Part shown: one piece after another, positions 46,448 through 55,955 of the stretch
How the letters are laid out: each line of letters starts with the position of its first letter
Position numbering within the stretch: the first letter of the stretch is position 1
From: Candidatus Dormibacter sp.
Lineage (GTDB): Bacteria > Chloroflexota > Dormibacteria > CF-121
DNA: 64,000 nt
Direction of reading: 5' to 3'
Assembly (NCBI GenBank): GCA_039922495.1
Contig: JBDTEO010000017.1
Coordinates: 84,430 to 148,429 of the forward strand
The notes under the pieces: generated by a model
What the model was told of the DNA's origin: nothing
Databases searched by the model: none
What the model saw: only the letters and a program-made list of their open reading frames with translations
Translations under genes and position numbers: made by a program

Positions 46448-47426
46448 GCGCACCCTGGTGCAGGCGGTTCGGGATGCCCTGGCGGAAGAGATGGAACGGG
46501 ACGAGCGTGTCTGTGTGCTGGGTGAGGACGTCGGCCTGAAGGGCGGCGTGTTCAAAGCGACCGAGGGGCTGCAACGACGGTTCGGAGCGCAACGCGTGCT
46601 CGACACGCCACTCGCCGAGTCCAGTATCGCGGCCGTGGCCCAGGGCCTGGCGCTCGAGGGCTATCGCCCGGTCGCGGAGATGCAATTTGCCGATTACAGC
46701 TTCCCGGCGTTCAACCAGATCGTCAACGAGATCGCCAAGATTCGCTATCGGTCGAACGGCGATTTCTCCTGCCCGCTGGTGATCCGGGCTCCGACCGGCG
46801 GTGGCGTTCGCGGCGCCCTGTATCACTCGCAATCCGTCGAGGCCTACTACTGTCATGTGCCGGGCCTCAAGGTTCTTCTGCCCTCAACCGCCGCCGACGC
46901 CAAAGGCCTGCTCAAGGCCGCCATCCGCGACCCTGATCCGGTCATCTTCCTCGAGCCCAAGAAGCTATACCGCGCCGAGCGGGGTGAGGTGGCCGACGGC
47001 GACGCCGCCTTGCGACCGATCGGCGAGGCCCTCGTGGTTCGACCCGGCTCGGCCCTGACGGTGATCACCTATGGCTTCATGCGCGCCGTGTCGCTGGAGG
47101 CGGCGGGGATCCTGGCGCGGGAAAATATCGACGTTGAGGTGATCGACTTACGTACGCTTCGGCCCTGGGACGTCGAGGCGTGCGTGCGTTCGGTGCGACA
47201 GACCGGGCGGGTGGCCGTGGTCTACGAGGCCAACCGCACCGGTGGGTTCGGGGCCGAGGTCGCGGCGGAGCTCGCCGAACGTTGCTTTGCCGACCTCGAT
47301 GCGCCCGTGACGCGTATCGCCAGCCCGGATGTCCCCGCGATGCCCTTCAATCCCGGGCTCGAGGACGCCTATATGCTCAATCCGGAAAAAATCGCCGACC
47401 GGCTCGGGGCCCTGGCGCGCTACTAG
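46440..47426 (+). CDS. 2-oxoacid dehydrogenase E1 component beta subunit
   Basis: Transketolase-like pyrimidine-binding and C-terminal domains (LGEDVGLKGGVFKATEGLQ); overlaps E1 alpha by 8 nt. Confidence 0.85.
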   Translation: MPERTLVQAVRDALAEEMERDERVCVLGEDVGLKGGVFKATEGLQRRFGAQRVLDTPLAESSIAAVAQGLALEGYRPVAEMQFADYSFPAFNQIVNEIAKIRYRSNGDFSCPLVIRAPTGGGVRGALYHSQSVEAYYCHVPGLKVLLPSTAADAKGLLKAAIRDPDPVIFLEPKKLYRAERGEVADGDAALRPIGEALVVRPGSALTVITYGFMRAVSLEAAGILARENIDVEVIDLRTLRPWDVEACVRSVRQTGRVAVVYEANRTGGFGAEVAAELAERCFADLDAPVTRIASPDVPAMPFNPGLEDAYMLNPEKIADRLGALARY

Positions 47427-47518
47427 CACCCGGCATGAGGGCGTCCCATCTCCACAAGAGATGGGAGTGGGGTCCTGGTTCCGGGGGGCTTGGAACAAGG
47501 AACCCCACGGCAAGTATA

Positions 47519-47538
47519 GGGGCTGGCCGCCCCCTTTT
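47519..47538 (+). terminator. candidate intrinsic terminator after the E1 beta gene
   Basis: GGGGC-TGGCC-GCCCC hairpin followed by CTTTTCC; a further hairpin CCCATCTC-CACAA-GAGATGGG lies at 47445-47465. Confidence 0.35.
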
Positions 47539-47561
47539 CCATCCACGACATCGAGGTTCCG

Positions 47562-47951
47562 TTAGCGCGACGCCGACCGTGAGTCGGGCAGATCGATCCA
47601 CTGGATGAACTCGAGCCGGTTTCCGAAGGGGTCCTGCGCATAGAACCGGCGGTACCCGGGAATTTGCCGGTCGTCTTCCGTGGCGAACCCAGCCCCGACC
47701 AGCCGGGCTCGCATCGCCTCGAGGTCGTCGATGAGCAGGGCCGGGTGGCGACGGCTCGGAGTCACGTCGGACTCGACCCCGCAGTGCAGCTGCTGCTCGC
47801 CGCAGGCAAACCACAGGCCTCCGCGGCCGGCAAGGCTGTTTGGCTTCTCGAGCTCGGCCAGCCCGAGGAGGTCGCCATAGAACTGGCGAGCGGCCGCCTC
47901 GCTACCCGGCGTGATGGCCACCTGCACGTGATGGAGCCCGGTGATGCGCAT
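47562..47951 (-). CDS. VOC (glyoxalase/bleomycin-resistance/dioxygenase) family protein
   Basis: LHHVQVAI start of the first beta-alpha-beta-beta-beta module; 129 aa. Confidence 0.7.
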   Translation of the reverse strand: MRITGLHHVQVAITPGSEAAARQFYGDLLGLAELEKPNSLAGRGGLWFACGEQQLHCGVESDVTPSRRHPALLIDDLEAMRARLVGAGFATEDDRQIPGYRRFYAQDPFGNRLEFIQWIDLPDSRSASR

Positions 47952-47986
47952 CTGGCGAGTCTAATCGGGAGGTCACCCTAGAATTT

Positions 47987-48871
47987 GTGGGCACGGTGGC
48001 GAAAGAACTGCGACCCCGATCGAGCGCGCGGAACGGCGTCTTCATCTCCGTCGATATGGAGGGGATGGCGGGGGTGGTGCACCTCCACCAGGTGATGCGT
48101 GGGACGCCGGAGTATGCGAGCTCCTGCCGTTTGATGACGGCGGAGACCAACGCCGCGGTGGCCGGCGCGCGTCGAGCGGGGGCGACCCGATTCGTGGTCA
48201 ACGATTCGCATGGCGATATGCGCAACCTTGTCCTCGACGAGCTCGACGCCGGCGTCGAGGTGATCACCGGCGCCGATAAGCCGTACTCGATGGGCGCCGG
48301 CCTGGACCCGACGTTCGAGGTCGCCTTCTTTGTCGGGTACCACGGTTCGGCCGGCACCGAACGGGCCGTCATGGACCACACCTACGGCGGCCGGACCATC
48401 TACGCGCTGCGGATCAATGGGCGAGAGCAGAGCGAGGCGACGCTGAACGCCGCGCTCGCCGGGACTTTCGGCGTGCGGACCGGGCTGATCACGGGAGATC
48501 GGGCCACGATCGACGAGGCGACAGCGGAGCTGCCGGGGATCGAGGGGATCGTCGTCAAAGAGGCCCTCGGCCGGCAAGCCGCGCGGTCAGTGCACCCGGT
48601 CGAGGCCTGCCGCCAGATCGAGGAGGGCGCCCACCGCGCTTACTCCGACTGGGCTCGCCGTCCCCTCTACCAGCCGAAGGGACCGTTCACCCTCGAGATC
48701 GACTGGATGAATACCAGTATGGCGGACCTCTGCGTGCAACTCCCGGACGTGGAGCGTACCGGCGGCCGGACCGTCCGCTACCGGACGGCCGATTTTCAGA
48801 CCTGCTACCGGATGCTGCTCGCCCTGATGGTGATGGCAATCCCGGCCGCCTACCAGTACCCGCGGCCTTGA
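47987..48871 (+). CDS. dppA: D-aminopeptidase DppA (peptidase M55)
   Basis: ISVDMEGMAGV and VNDSHG blocks collinear with B. subtilis DppA. Confidence 0.75.
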   Translation: MGTVAKELRPRSSARNGVFISVDMEGMAGVVHLHQVMRGTPEYASSCRLMTAETNAAVAGARRAGATRFVVNDSHGDMRNLVLDELDAGVEVITGADKPYSMGAGLDPTFEVAFFVGYHGSAGTERAVMDHTYGGRTIYALRINGREQSEATLNAALAGTFGVRTGLITGDRATIDEATAELPGIEGIVVKEALGRQAARSVHPVEACRQIEEGAHRAYSDWARRPLYQPKGPFTLEIDWMNTSMADLCVQLPDVERTGGRTVRYRTADFQTCYRMLLALMVMAIPAAYQYPRP

Positions 48872-49890
48872 CGCCCGCCGAAGCGATCGAGCAACTCCTG
48901 CAGGGCACGCCGCTGAGCCGGGAGCAGGCGCGCGGGGTCATGGACCAGGTGATGGCGGGCGAGTCGACGCCGGTCCAGATCGCCGGGGTGGTGATCGCGT
49001 TACGCGCGAAGGGAGAGACGGTCGAGGAGATGGCGGGCTTCGTCGACTCGATGCGGGCCCACGCGACCCCCCTGCAAGCGCCGGACGGTGCCATCGATAC
49101 CTGCGGGACCGGTGGGGATCGTGCCGGGACGTTCAACATTTCCACCGCCGCCGCCATGGTGGCCGCCGGCGCTGGCGTGCCCGTGGCCAAGCACGGCAAT
49201 CGGGCGGCCTCCAGCCGCTGTGGCAGCGCCGATGTTCTGGAAGCGCTTGGCGTCGACATCACGCTCGGGCCTCACGGGGTCGAGTCGTGTCTTCAGGCGG
49301 CTGGGATGGGCTTCTGTTTCGCTCCCACGTTCCATCCAGCGATGCGGCACGCGGGACCGACCCGACGCGAGCTCGGCGTGCGCACGGTCTTCAACGTCCT
49401 GGGCCCGCTGGCAAACCCCGCTCACGTCCGCCACCAGGCGCTTGGTGTTGGCGCGCGCGGGCTGGCCCCATTGATGATTCGCGTGCTGAGGGACCTCGGC
49501 CATGAGCGGGCGCTGGTCTTCTACGGCGAGGACGGCCTGGACGAGCTCACCACGACCGGGCCATCCCATGTCTTTCAATTGATCGACAGCGAGCTCAGCG
49601 ATTACGAGCTCGATCCGCAGGACCTCGGGATCAAGCGGGCCTCGGCCGCGGACCTCCTCGGGGGAACGCCCGCCGAGAATGCCCGCCTGATCACGGATGT
49701 CCTGAATGGCGAGGCCGGGCCCAGGCGCGACGTCGTGCTTCTCAACGGCGCCGCGGCGCTGATCGCGGCGGGCCGGGCGAATGATTGGCGTCAGGCGCTC
49801 GCACAGGCCGCCGACTCCCTTGATTCGCGGCAGGCCGCGGCTGTACTCGAGAAGTTGGTCAAGACGTCACAGTCCGCGACCGGAACGTAA
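48868..49890 (+). CDS. trpD: anthranilate phosphoribosyltransferase
   Basis: CGTGGDRAGTFNISTAAA and KHGNRAASSRCGSADVLEALG TrpD signatures. Confidence 0.9.
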   Translation: MTPAEAIEQLLQGTPLSREQARGVMDQVMAGESTPVQIAGVVIALRAKGETVEEMAGFVDSMRAHATPLQAPDGAIDTCGTGGDRAGTFNISTAAAMVAAGAGVPVAKHGNRAASSRCGSADVLEALGVDITLGPHGVESCLQAAGMGFCFAPTFHPAMRHAGPTRRELGVRTVFNVLGPLANPAHVRHQALGVGARGLAPLMIRVLRDLGHERALVFYGEDGLDELTTTGPSHVFQLIDSELSDYELDPQDLGIKRASAADLLGGTPAENARLITDVLNGEAGPRRDVVLLNGAAALIAAGRANDWRQALAQAADSLDSRQAAAVLEKLVKTSQSATGT

Positions 49891-49902
49891 TGCGGCGGTC
49901 GC

Positions 49903-50025
49903 CTAGCCGGCAGCCAGGCCGACGACGGCACTGGCCAGGAGGAGCATGCAGAGCATGCCGGCAACAGCCCAGACGGCCCAGTAGGTGACCCCGGACAACC
50001 TGCGGTTGCGACGAAGTCGTCGCAT
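49903..50025 (-). CDS. possible small membrane peptide (40 aa) between trpD and the dehydrogenase gene
   Basis: Arg-rich N-terminus then one hydrophobic helix (MRRLRRNRRLSGVTYWAVWAVAGMLCMLLLASAVVGLAAG); may be spurious. Confidence 0.2.
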   Translation of the reverse strand: MRRLRRNRRLSGVTYWAVWAVAGMLCMLLLASAVVGLAAG

Positions 50026-50132
50026 CTTGCCCAAGGTCCGGCTCGCTGTCTGCTGTTCGGTAAGCATCCTCTAGGGTATCGCGGGAATGGGCCGAATCTT
50101 TCTCTCGAAAGCGGCTCGATATGCTGTAGTCG

Positions 50133-51206
50133 ATGCCGCTGCGGATCGCCGTCGTCCCGGGTGATGGCATTGGGCCCGAGGTCATCGAGCCGGGCGTTCG
50201 CGTTCTCCAGGCGGCCACGTCAGGCCAATCGACGTCGTTGCAATTTACGTTCTATGACATCGGAGCCGACCGATATCTTCGGACCGGCGAGATCCTGCCG
50301 GAGAGCGTGTTCACTGAGCTGGCAGCGGCGGATGCGATCTACCTCGGCGCCATCGGCGACCCTCGGGTCAAGAATCCGCAGTACGCGGCCGGCATTTTGT
50401 TACGTCTGCGATTTGAGCTCGACCTCTGGGCCAACCTGCGTCCCTCAACGCTGCTTGCCCCGGCGCTGACACCGTTGCGAGACGCCCCGCACATCGATCT
50501 GATCGTGGTGCGCGAAAACACCGAGGGCGCCTACGTCGGCATCGGTGGACAGTTCAAGCGCGGGACGATGGAGGAGGTCGCGATCCAGGAAGACATCAAC
50601 ACACGAATCGGGGTCGAGCGGGTGCTGCGCTTCGCGTTTGCCCTGGCGCATGAACGCCGGGCGGCAGGGCACTCGGGACGACTCACGATGGTCGACAAGA
50701 GCAATGCGATGTATCACGCCCATGACCTCTGGCAGCGAGTCTTCGCGCTCGAGCGTGAGCGCGCACCCGACATCGAGGCGCAGCACCTCTACGTCGACGT
50801 CGCGGCGATGCAGCTGGTCCGGCGACCGGCCGACTTTGATGTCCTCGTAACGTCCAACATGTTTGGCGACATCCTCAGCGATCTGGCATCGGAGCTTGTC
50901 GGCGGCCTCGGCCAGGCGCCCTCGGCGAACATCAACCCCGACACGCGCCGCGGGCTCTTCGAGCCGGTGCACGGATCCGCTCCGAAGCATGCAGGGAAAG
51001 GCACCGCCAACCCGGTCGGGGCGATTCTCTCGGGCGCCATGATGCTGCGTCACCTTGGGGCAACCGAGAGCGCCGACCGGATCGAGCGCGCCGTCGCGGC
51101 GGCCGTGCGCGAGGGAGCGGCGACGAAGGATCTTGGCGGCTCGCTGACGACGCAGGCTGCGGCTGAGGCCATCCTCGACAGGCTCGAGCCATTGCGCTCC
51201 GGGTGA
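50133..51206 (+). CDS. isocitrate/isopropylmalate dehydrogenase family protein (3-isopropylmalate, homoisocitrate or tartrate dehydrogenase-like)
   Basis: RIAVVPGDGIGPEV N-terminus and NMFGDILSD signature. Confidence 0.8.
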   Translation: MPLRIAVVPGDGIGPEVIEPGVRVLQAATSGQSTSLQFTFYDIGADRYLRTGEILPESVFTELAAADAIYLGAIGDPRVKNPQYAAGILLRLRFELDLWANLRPSTLLAPALTPLRDAPHIDLIVVRENTEGAYVGIGGQFKRGTMEEVAIQEDINTRIGVERVLRFAFALAHERRAAGHSGRLTMVDKSNAMYHAHDLWQRVFALERERAPDIEAQHLYVDVAAMQLVRRPADFDVLVTSNMFGDILSDLASELVGGLGQAPSANINPDTRRGLFEPVHGSAPKHAGKGTANPVGAILSGAMMLRHLGATESADRIERAVAAAVREGAATKDLGGSLTTQAAAEAILDRLEPLRSG

Positions 51207-51255
51207 GAGAATCGTTGGTATCGACGCCCTGCTGAACACCATCCAGCCCGCACGG

Positions 51256-53271
51256 GTGAAGCCGAACGCTCCGCCCTCACCGCGACCCGCCGCCAAACGC
51301 CCTGGTAGTGCCGGGAGCACCGACCACACGATTCGGGGAAGCGCGCTGATCTTCTGGGATCGGAAGATCCCAGGCAAGAAGCTCGATGCCATCGATACCG
51401 ACCAGATCACGCCGGCCGACGATTGCGTGTCGGAGAGCCTGGACCGGCTCGACGAGCGGTGGAAGGCCGGGTCATTTCGGTATCTCATGCCCGACTTCCG
51501 GCAGCGCGTCCATCGGGGTGAGAACTTCGTCATCGCCGGAGAGCGCTTCGGCATCGGCTCATCGCGGGAGATGAGTCCGGCCGGTCTCAAGGCGGTTGCC
51601 GAAGAGGTGGGCTCGGAGCTCGTGATTGTCTGTGGCGATGGAGTGGGGGACATCTTTCGTCGAAACGCCCTCAACCTCGGGCTCACGGTCGTCCAGAGCC
51701 GCGACGCGGTCGAAGACTCGCAGGAAGGCGATCAGTTCTCCCTCGACCTGTCCACTCGGCGGCTGACCAACGAGACACGACACAAGACCTACGAGCCGGT
51801 ACCGCTGACTCCAAAGGAGGAGGACATTCGTCGCTCGGGCGGCATCATCGCGATCGGCCGTCGGGAGTTTAGCGAGTCGGTCGAGCGCAAGCCCGCCGTG
51901 GAGTGGGCCAGCGCGACAACGGCGCGGACGCTGAGTACCTCAGAGCAGATTGTCTGGGCGCACCGGGTCGACAAGGATGCCGAGGTGCGGCCGGGCGCAA
52001 CGCTCCGCGTCTGGTGCGACCTGTTGCCGGCGTCGGACGGGACCGCGCCCTTCTCGATCCACACCTTCAACCAGATCAGCGGTGGGAACACGATCTTTCC
52101 GCGCCAGGCTGCAATCGCGAACGATCACTTCGTCTTCTCCGGCCGCAATGCCGATGACAAGCAGACGTCGATCGGGCGCGACTTCGCCCGGCTGCAGGGG
52201 ATCGGCAAGCCGTACTACGCGACCCCCGGCGATGGCATTTTTCATTTTTATTTTCCCGAGCAGGGCCTGGTCATCCCGGGCGCGTTCATCCCGGGAGCCG
52301 ACTCGCACAGCCGCGCCTACGGCGCCTACGGGGCGATCGGCGTTGGCGTGGGCAGCACGCAGCTCGGGTTCGGCTGGTCGACCGGTTACATCTATTTCAC
52401 GCCGGCCAGACGCCGCCGCGTGGTCTTTACCGGCCGGCTGAGGCCCTGGGTCAGCGGCAAGGACGTGGTCCTGGCCCTGCTGCGACGGTGGGGCAAGGGG
52501 CAAGCACAGGGCATGAGCGTGGAGTTCGTGGACGCCGAGCGGCAGCTGCCAATTCCATACCGGAACACGATCGCCAACATGATGGCGGAGGCCGAGGCCC
52601 AGAACGGCATCTTCGCGTCGGACGAAATTACGCTCGACTGGTACCGGCGTAAAGGCATCACGAACCTGCCCTATCCGACCATCAAGCCTGGAGACGATAT
52701 CGCCTGGGACATCGACGAAACGCTGGATCTTTCTGAACTCGTGCCATACGTGGCCAAGCCGTTCGCACCCGGGAACGCCTTTCCTGCTGACGAGATCGCC
52801 CAGGAAAAGCTGCGCTTCGACAAGGCCTTCATCGGCTCCTGCACCAACGGGGGCTACGACGATCTGCTCGAAGCCGCGCTCGTCCTCCGCGCCGGTCGTG
52901 AAAAGGGTTTCGAAAAGGCGCCGCAGCAGTTCGTCGTCTTTCCTGGTTCGGGCAGCGTCAAACGGGATATCGAAAACCCGGAGCCCCGGCTCGGCGGTGA
53001 ATCGATCGCCGCGACGCTCCGGTCCGCCGGGGCCGAGATCCGCGATTCGTGGTGCGGGCCCTGCTTCGGCCAGGGCCCCGATGCACTGAAGAAGGGCGAG
53101 GTCGCGATCACCTCGTTCAATCGCAACTGGCAGAACCGGATGGGCGTCGGTGGCCTTGGCTACCTCGCGAGCCCGGCGGTCGTCGCCTCATCGGCGCTGC
53201 TGGGCTACATGGCCGGGCCATCGTCCCTCGGGATCGAGTGGGATCCCGAGCGCTTCGACGTCTCTGTCTAG
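51256..53271 (+). CDS. aconitase-family dehydratase with permuted fusion: LeuD-like swivel domain N-terminal, LeuC-like catalytic domains C-terminal
   Basis: N-terminal ENFVIAGERFGIGSSREMSPAGL and DIFRRNALNLGL (LeuD-like); C-terminal PGADSHSRAYGAYGAIGVGVGST and FIGSCTNGG (LeuC Fe-S ligand regions). Confidence 0.75.
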   Translation: MKPNAPPSPRPAAKRPGSAGSTDHTIRGSALIFWDRKIPGKKLDAIDTDQITPADDCVSESLDRLDERWKAGSFRYLMPDFRQRVHRGENFVIAGERFGIGSSREMSPAGLKAVAEEVGSELVIVCGDGVGDIFRRNALNLGLTVVQSRDAVEDSQEGDQFSLDLSTRRLTNETRHKTYEPVPLTPKEEDIRRSGGIIAIGRREFSESVERKPAVEWASATTARTLSTSEQIVWAHRVDKDAEVRPGATLRVWCDLLPASDGTAPFSIHTFNQISGGNTIFPRQAAIANDHFVFSGRNADDKQTSIGRDFARLQGIGKPYYATPGDGIFHFYFPEQGLVIPGAFIPGADSHSRAYGAYGAIGVGVGSTQLGFGWSTGYIYFTPARRRRVVFTGRLRPWVSGKDVVLALLRRWGKGQAQGMSVEFVDAERQLPIPYRNTIANMMAEAEAQNGIFASDEITLDWYRRKGITNLPYPTIKPGDDIAWDIDETLDLSELVPYVAKPFAPGNAFPADEIAQEKLRFDKAFIGSCTNGGYDDLLEAALVLRAGREKGFEKAPQQFVVFPGSGSVKRDIENPEPRLGGESIAATLRSAGAEIRDSWCGPCFGQGPDALKKGEVAITSFNRNWQNRMGVGGLGYLASPAVVASSALLGYMAGPSSLGIEWDPERFDVSV

Positions 53272-53530
53272 AAGTCCTCGGCTCAGAAGCTACGCAAGAA
53301 GGCCGGCCTTCCTGAGCGCGTACGCCGATTCGGCGCCCTTCGAGACTGTTTCGGGAATCAATGTCCGCCTTGTGGGCGCAGGATGACGACCCGAGGCCAT
53401 CCCATCGCTGACTTGCGCGACCTGGAAGACCCTCGTGCCGGTGGCCCCACCCAGAATTGCCGAATGCGTTGACTGGTCCTCGCGCCGATAGGCGCGAACA
53501 TGCGCCTCAGCGTTGGATCCTTCCGCGAAG

Positions 53531-54772
53531 TCAGGTGAGCGCCCTCGTTGATCGCGTCTTGACAATCGCATGCACCTCCGCCTCATGCAGTAGATGATTG
53601 CCCTGCTTGGCGTGCTCGACAATCGCGCGGACCAGGTCTGGATTGGGCGCGATGCCGCGCTGCTCGAGCCAGTAGATGACGTTCGATTCGCCGCTCATCG
53701 GGCCGATCTCGATCACCTGCTGGCAACCGAACAGGTCCGCCGGGACACCTGAGTAAACCCGGTTGGCGAGCCAGTCGTCACCCTTGCGCATGGCCTTGAT
53801 CACGGCGGCCGCATGGACGCCGGTGGCTGTCCGAAACGCATCGGCACCGAGGACGGGATAGTTCGCCGGGATGGCCATCCCGGTTCCCTCGGCGATGATC
53901 TCACCCATCTCCTTCAGCTTGCTCAGGTCGGTGTCGATCCAACCGAGCAGCCTGAAGTTGACGAGCAGCAGGTCGAGGTGCGTGTTGCCGACGCGCTCGC
54001 CGAGACCAAGGGCGCAGCCATGGATTCGGTCGGCGCCAGCGTTGGCCGCCTCGATGGCGTTGATCAAGCCCAGGCCGCGGTCGCTGTGCCCGTGCCAGTC
54101 CAGGCCTACGTTTGGATTCATCTCATCGAGCATCGTTCGGACGTGTTTGATGATGGCGCGGACGCCGTCAGGCGTGGAGTGGCCGACGGTGTCGCAGACG
54201 GCGACGCGCTGCGCGCCCTCCTCGATGGCCGTACCAAAGAGCCGTTTCAGCGTGTCGGGATGGGCGCGGGTGGTGTCCTCCGTCACGAACATCACCGGCA
54301 ACTGGTGTTCGCGCGCGAACCGGACGGCCTTGCGCGTGTTCTCGACCATCTGGTCGATCGTCCAGCCCTCGGCGTACTGGCGGATGGGGCTCGATCCGAT
54401 GAAGGCCGCGACCTCGATCGGGATTCCGACTCGCTGCGAGATCTCGACGACAGGGCGAATATCCACCTCCAGCGTTCGGGCGGCGCAAAGCGGCTTGATG
54501 CCGAGCCGCTCGTCGCGGATCTCTTCGGCGAGCCGCCCGACGTGCGCGACGGCGCGCGGGCCGGAGCCGGGGAGCCCCAAATCGATGGAGCCGACGCCGA
54601 GCTGGTCGGCGAGATGGAGAAAGCGCAGCTTGACGTCGATCTCCGGGTCGCGGACCGACGGGCCCTGAATGCCGTCGCGCAAGGTCTCGTCGTGGACCGA
54701 TACTCGGTGGGCCGGCGGTGGCGGCGCGTCGACGGTGTTCCAGTCGTAGATCAGGTCGTGCTGCTCAGGCAT
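53531..54772 (-). CDS. 2-isopropylmalate/citramalate/homocitrate synthase family enzyme (short form, no regulatory domain)
   Basis: HDETLRDGIQ, WHGHSDRGLGLINAIEAANAGADRIHGCALGLGERVGN, PANYPVLGADAFRTATGVH; start overlaps the E2 gene end by 8 nt. Confidence 0.75.
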   Translation of the reverse strand: MPEQHDLIYDWNTVDAPPPPAHRVSVHDETLRDGIQGPSVRDPEIDVKLRFLHLADQLGVGSIDLGLPGSGPRAVAHVGRLAEEIRDERLGIKPLCAARTLEVDIRPVVEISQRVGIPIEVAAFIGSSPIRQYAEGWTIDQMVENTRKAVRFAREHQLPVMFVTEDTTRAHPDTLKRLFGTAIEEGAQRVAVCDTVGHSTPDGVRAIIKHVRTMLDEMNPNVGLDWHGHSDRGLGLINAIEAANAGADRIHGCALGLGERVGNTHLDLLLVNFRLLGWIDTDLSKLKEMGEIIAEGTGMAIPANYPVLGADAFRTATGVHAAAVIKAMRKGDDWLANRVYSGVPADLFGCQQVIEIGPMSGESNVIYWLEQRGIAPNPDLVRAIVEHAKQGNHLLHEAEVHAIVKTRSTRALT

Positions 54773-55955
54773 CCGCCCGCTCCAGGCGCTGCACCAGGTC
54801 GGTCAAGAATTCCGTGGCCATCGCGCCGTCGACGATCCGGTGGTCGACGGAGATCGAGATCCATGCCCCGGGGCACGCCACGACCTGCCCATCAACCACC
54901 ATCGGCCGCGGCTTGATGGCGCCGAACCCGACCACGCAACACTCCGGCGGGTTGATGATGGGCGTGCCGGTCTCGATCGGCCCGCTGGCGCCGACGTTGG
55001 TAATCGTGATCGTCCCACCGGTCATCTCCGCCGGCGTCAGCGTCCCGGCCCGAGCCCCTTCGATCAGCCGGCCGCTGTGCTCGGAGATGGCGCGAAGATC
55101 GAGATCGTCGGCGTTCCGGATGACCGGGACCAGCAAACCCTTGTCGGTGTTGACGGCGATCCCGACGTTGACGGCCTCCTTGACGATGATCTCGTCTTTG
55201 GCGTCATCCCACGAGCTATTGAGCATCGGGTATTTGCGGACCGACGCGGCGACGGCGGCAATGAAGTAGGGCAGGGGAGTCATCGAGGCGCCTCCCGCCT
55301 TTGCGGCGGCCCGCTTCTCTCCGAGGGTCGTCGCATCGAAGATGGCGAACTCGGTGAACTGCGGGATGGTCGAGACGGAGCGCACCATCTGCCGCGCGAT
55401 CGCTTTGCGCAGGCCAACGACGCTGACCCGTCGCTCGCCCTCAACCGGCGCGGCGGCTGCCGGCTGCGCGGCGGTGGGGCCGCTGTCGGCGGCGGCCTCG
55501 ACGTCGCCACGCGTGATCCGGCCGCCAGGACCGGTCCCGGTAATCGTCGCGAGATCGACCCCTTTCTCTTTGGCGAGCTGGCGGACGAAAGGCGCCGCCC
55601 GCACGTCTGATGCTGATTCCGGCTGGGGGCTTGGACGTGCACGCCGGCGAACCCCGGTCTCCGGGCCGGCGCCCGGTCCATACCCGACCAGGGTGCTGGG
55701 TGCCGCCTCTTCAACTTCGGAAGCGATCGTGACCAGGGGCGCCCCGACCTCGACCGACTCACCCGGCTTCGCGTGCAGCTTCCGGATCGTCCCACGCCAG
55801 GGCGAAGGGATGACCACGACCGCCTTTGCCGTCTCGACCTCGCAGAGCGGCGCGTTGACGTCAACCTCGGCGCCTTCCTCCACCCGCCAGCTCATCAGCT
55901 GCGCCTCGGTCAGCCCTTCACCGAGGTCGGGAAGGTTGAAGGTCTGGTCAGCCAT
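54765..55955 (-). CDS. 2-oxoacid dehydrogenase E2 component (dihydrolipoamide acyltransferase)
   Basis: Lipoyl domain (LPDLGEGLTEAQLMSWRVEEG ... VETAKA), Ala/Pro linker, catalytic DHRIVDGA; internal ATG at 55955 chosen (upstream ORF extension is junk). Confidence 0.85.
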   Translation of the reverse strand: MADQTFNLPDLGEGLTEAQLMSWRVEEGAEVDVNAPLCEVETAKAVVVIPSPWRGTIRKLHAKPGESVEVGAPLVTIASEVEEAAPSTLVGYGPGAGPETGVRRRARPSPQPESASDVRAAPFVRQLAKEKGVDLATITGTGPGGRITRGDVEAAADSGPTAAQPAAAAPVEGERRVSVVGLRKAIARQMVRSVSTIPQFTEFAIFDATTLGEKRAAAKAGGASMTPLPYFIAAVAASVRKYPMLNSSWDDAKDEIIVKEAVNVGIAVNTDKGLLVPVIRNADDLDLRAISEHSGRLIEGARAGTLTPAEMTGGTITITNVGASGPIETGTPIINPPECCVVGFGAIKPRPMVVDGQVVACPGAWISISVDHRIVDGAMATEFLTDLVQRLERADA

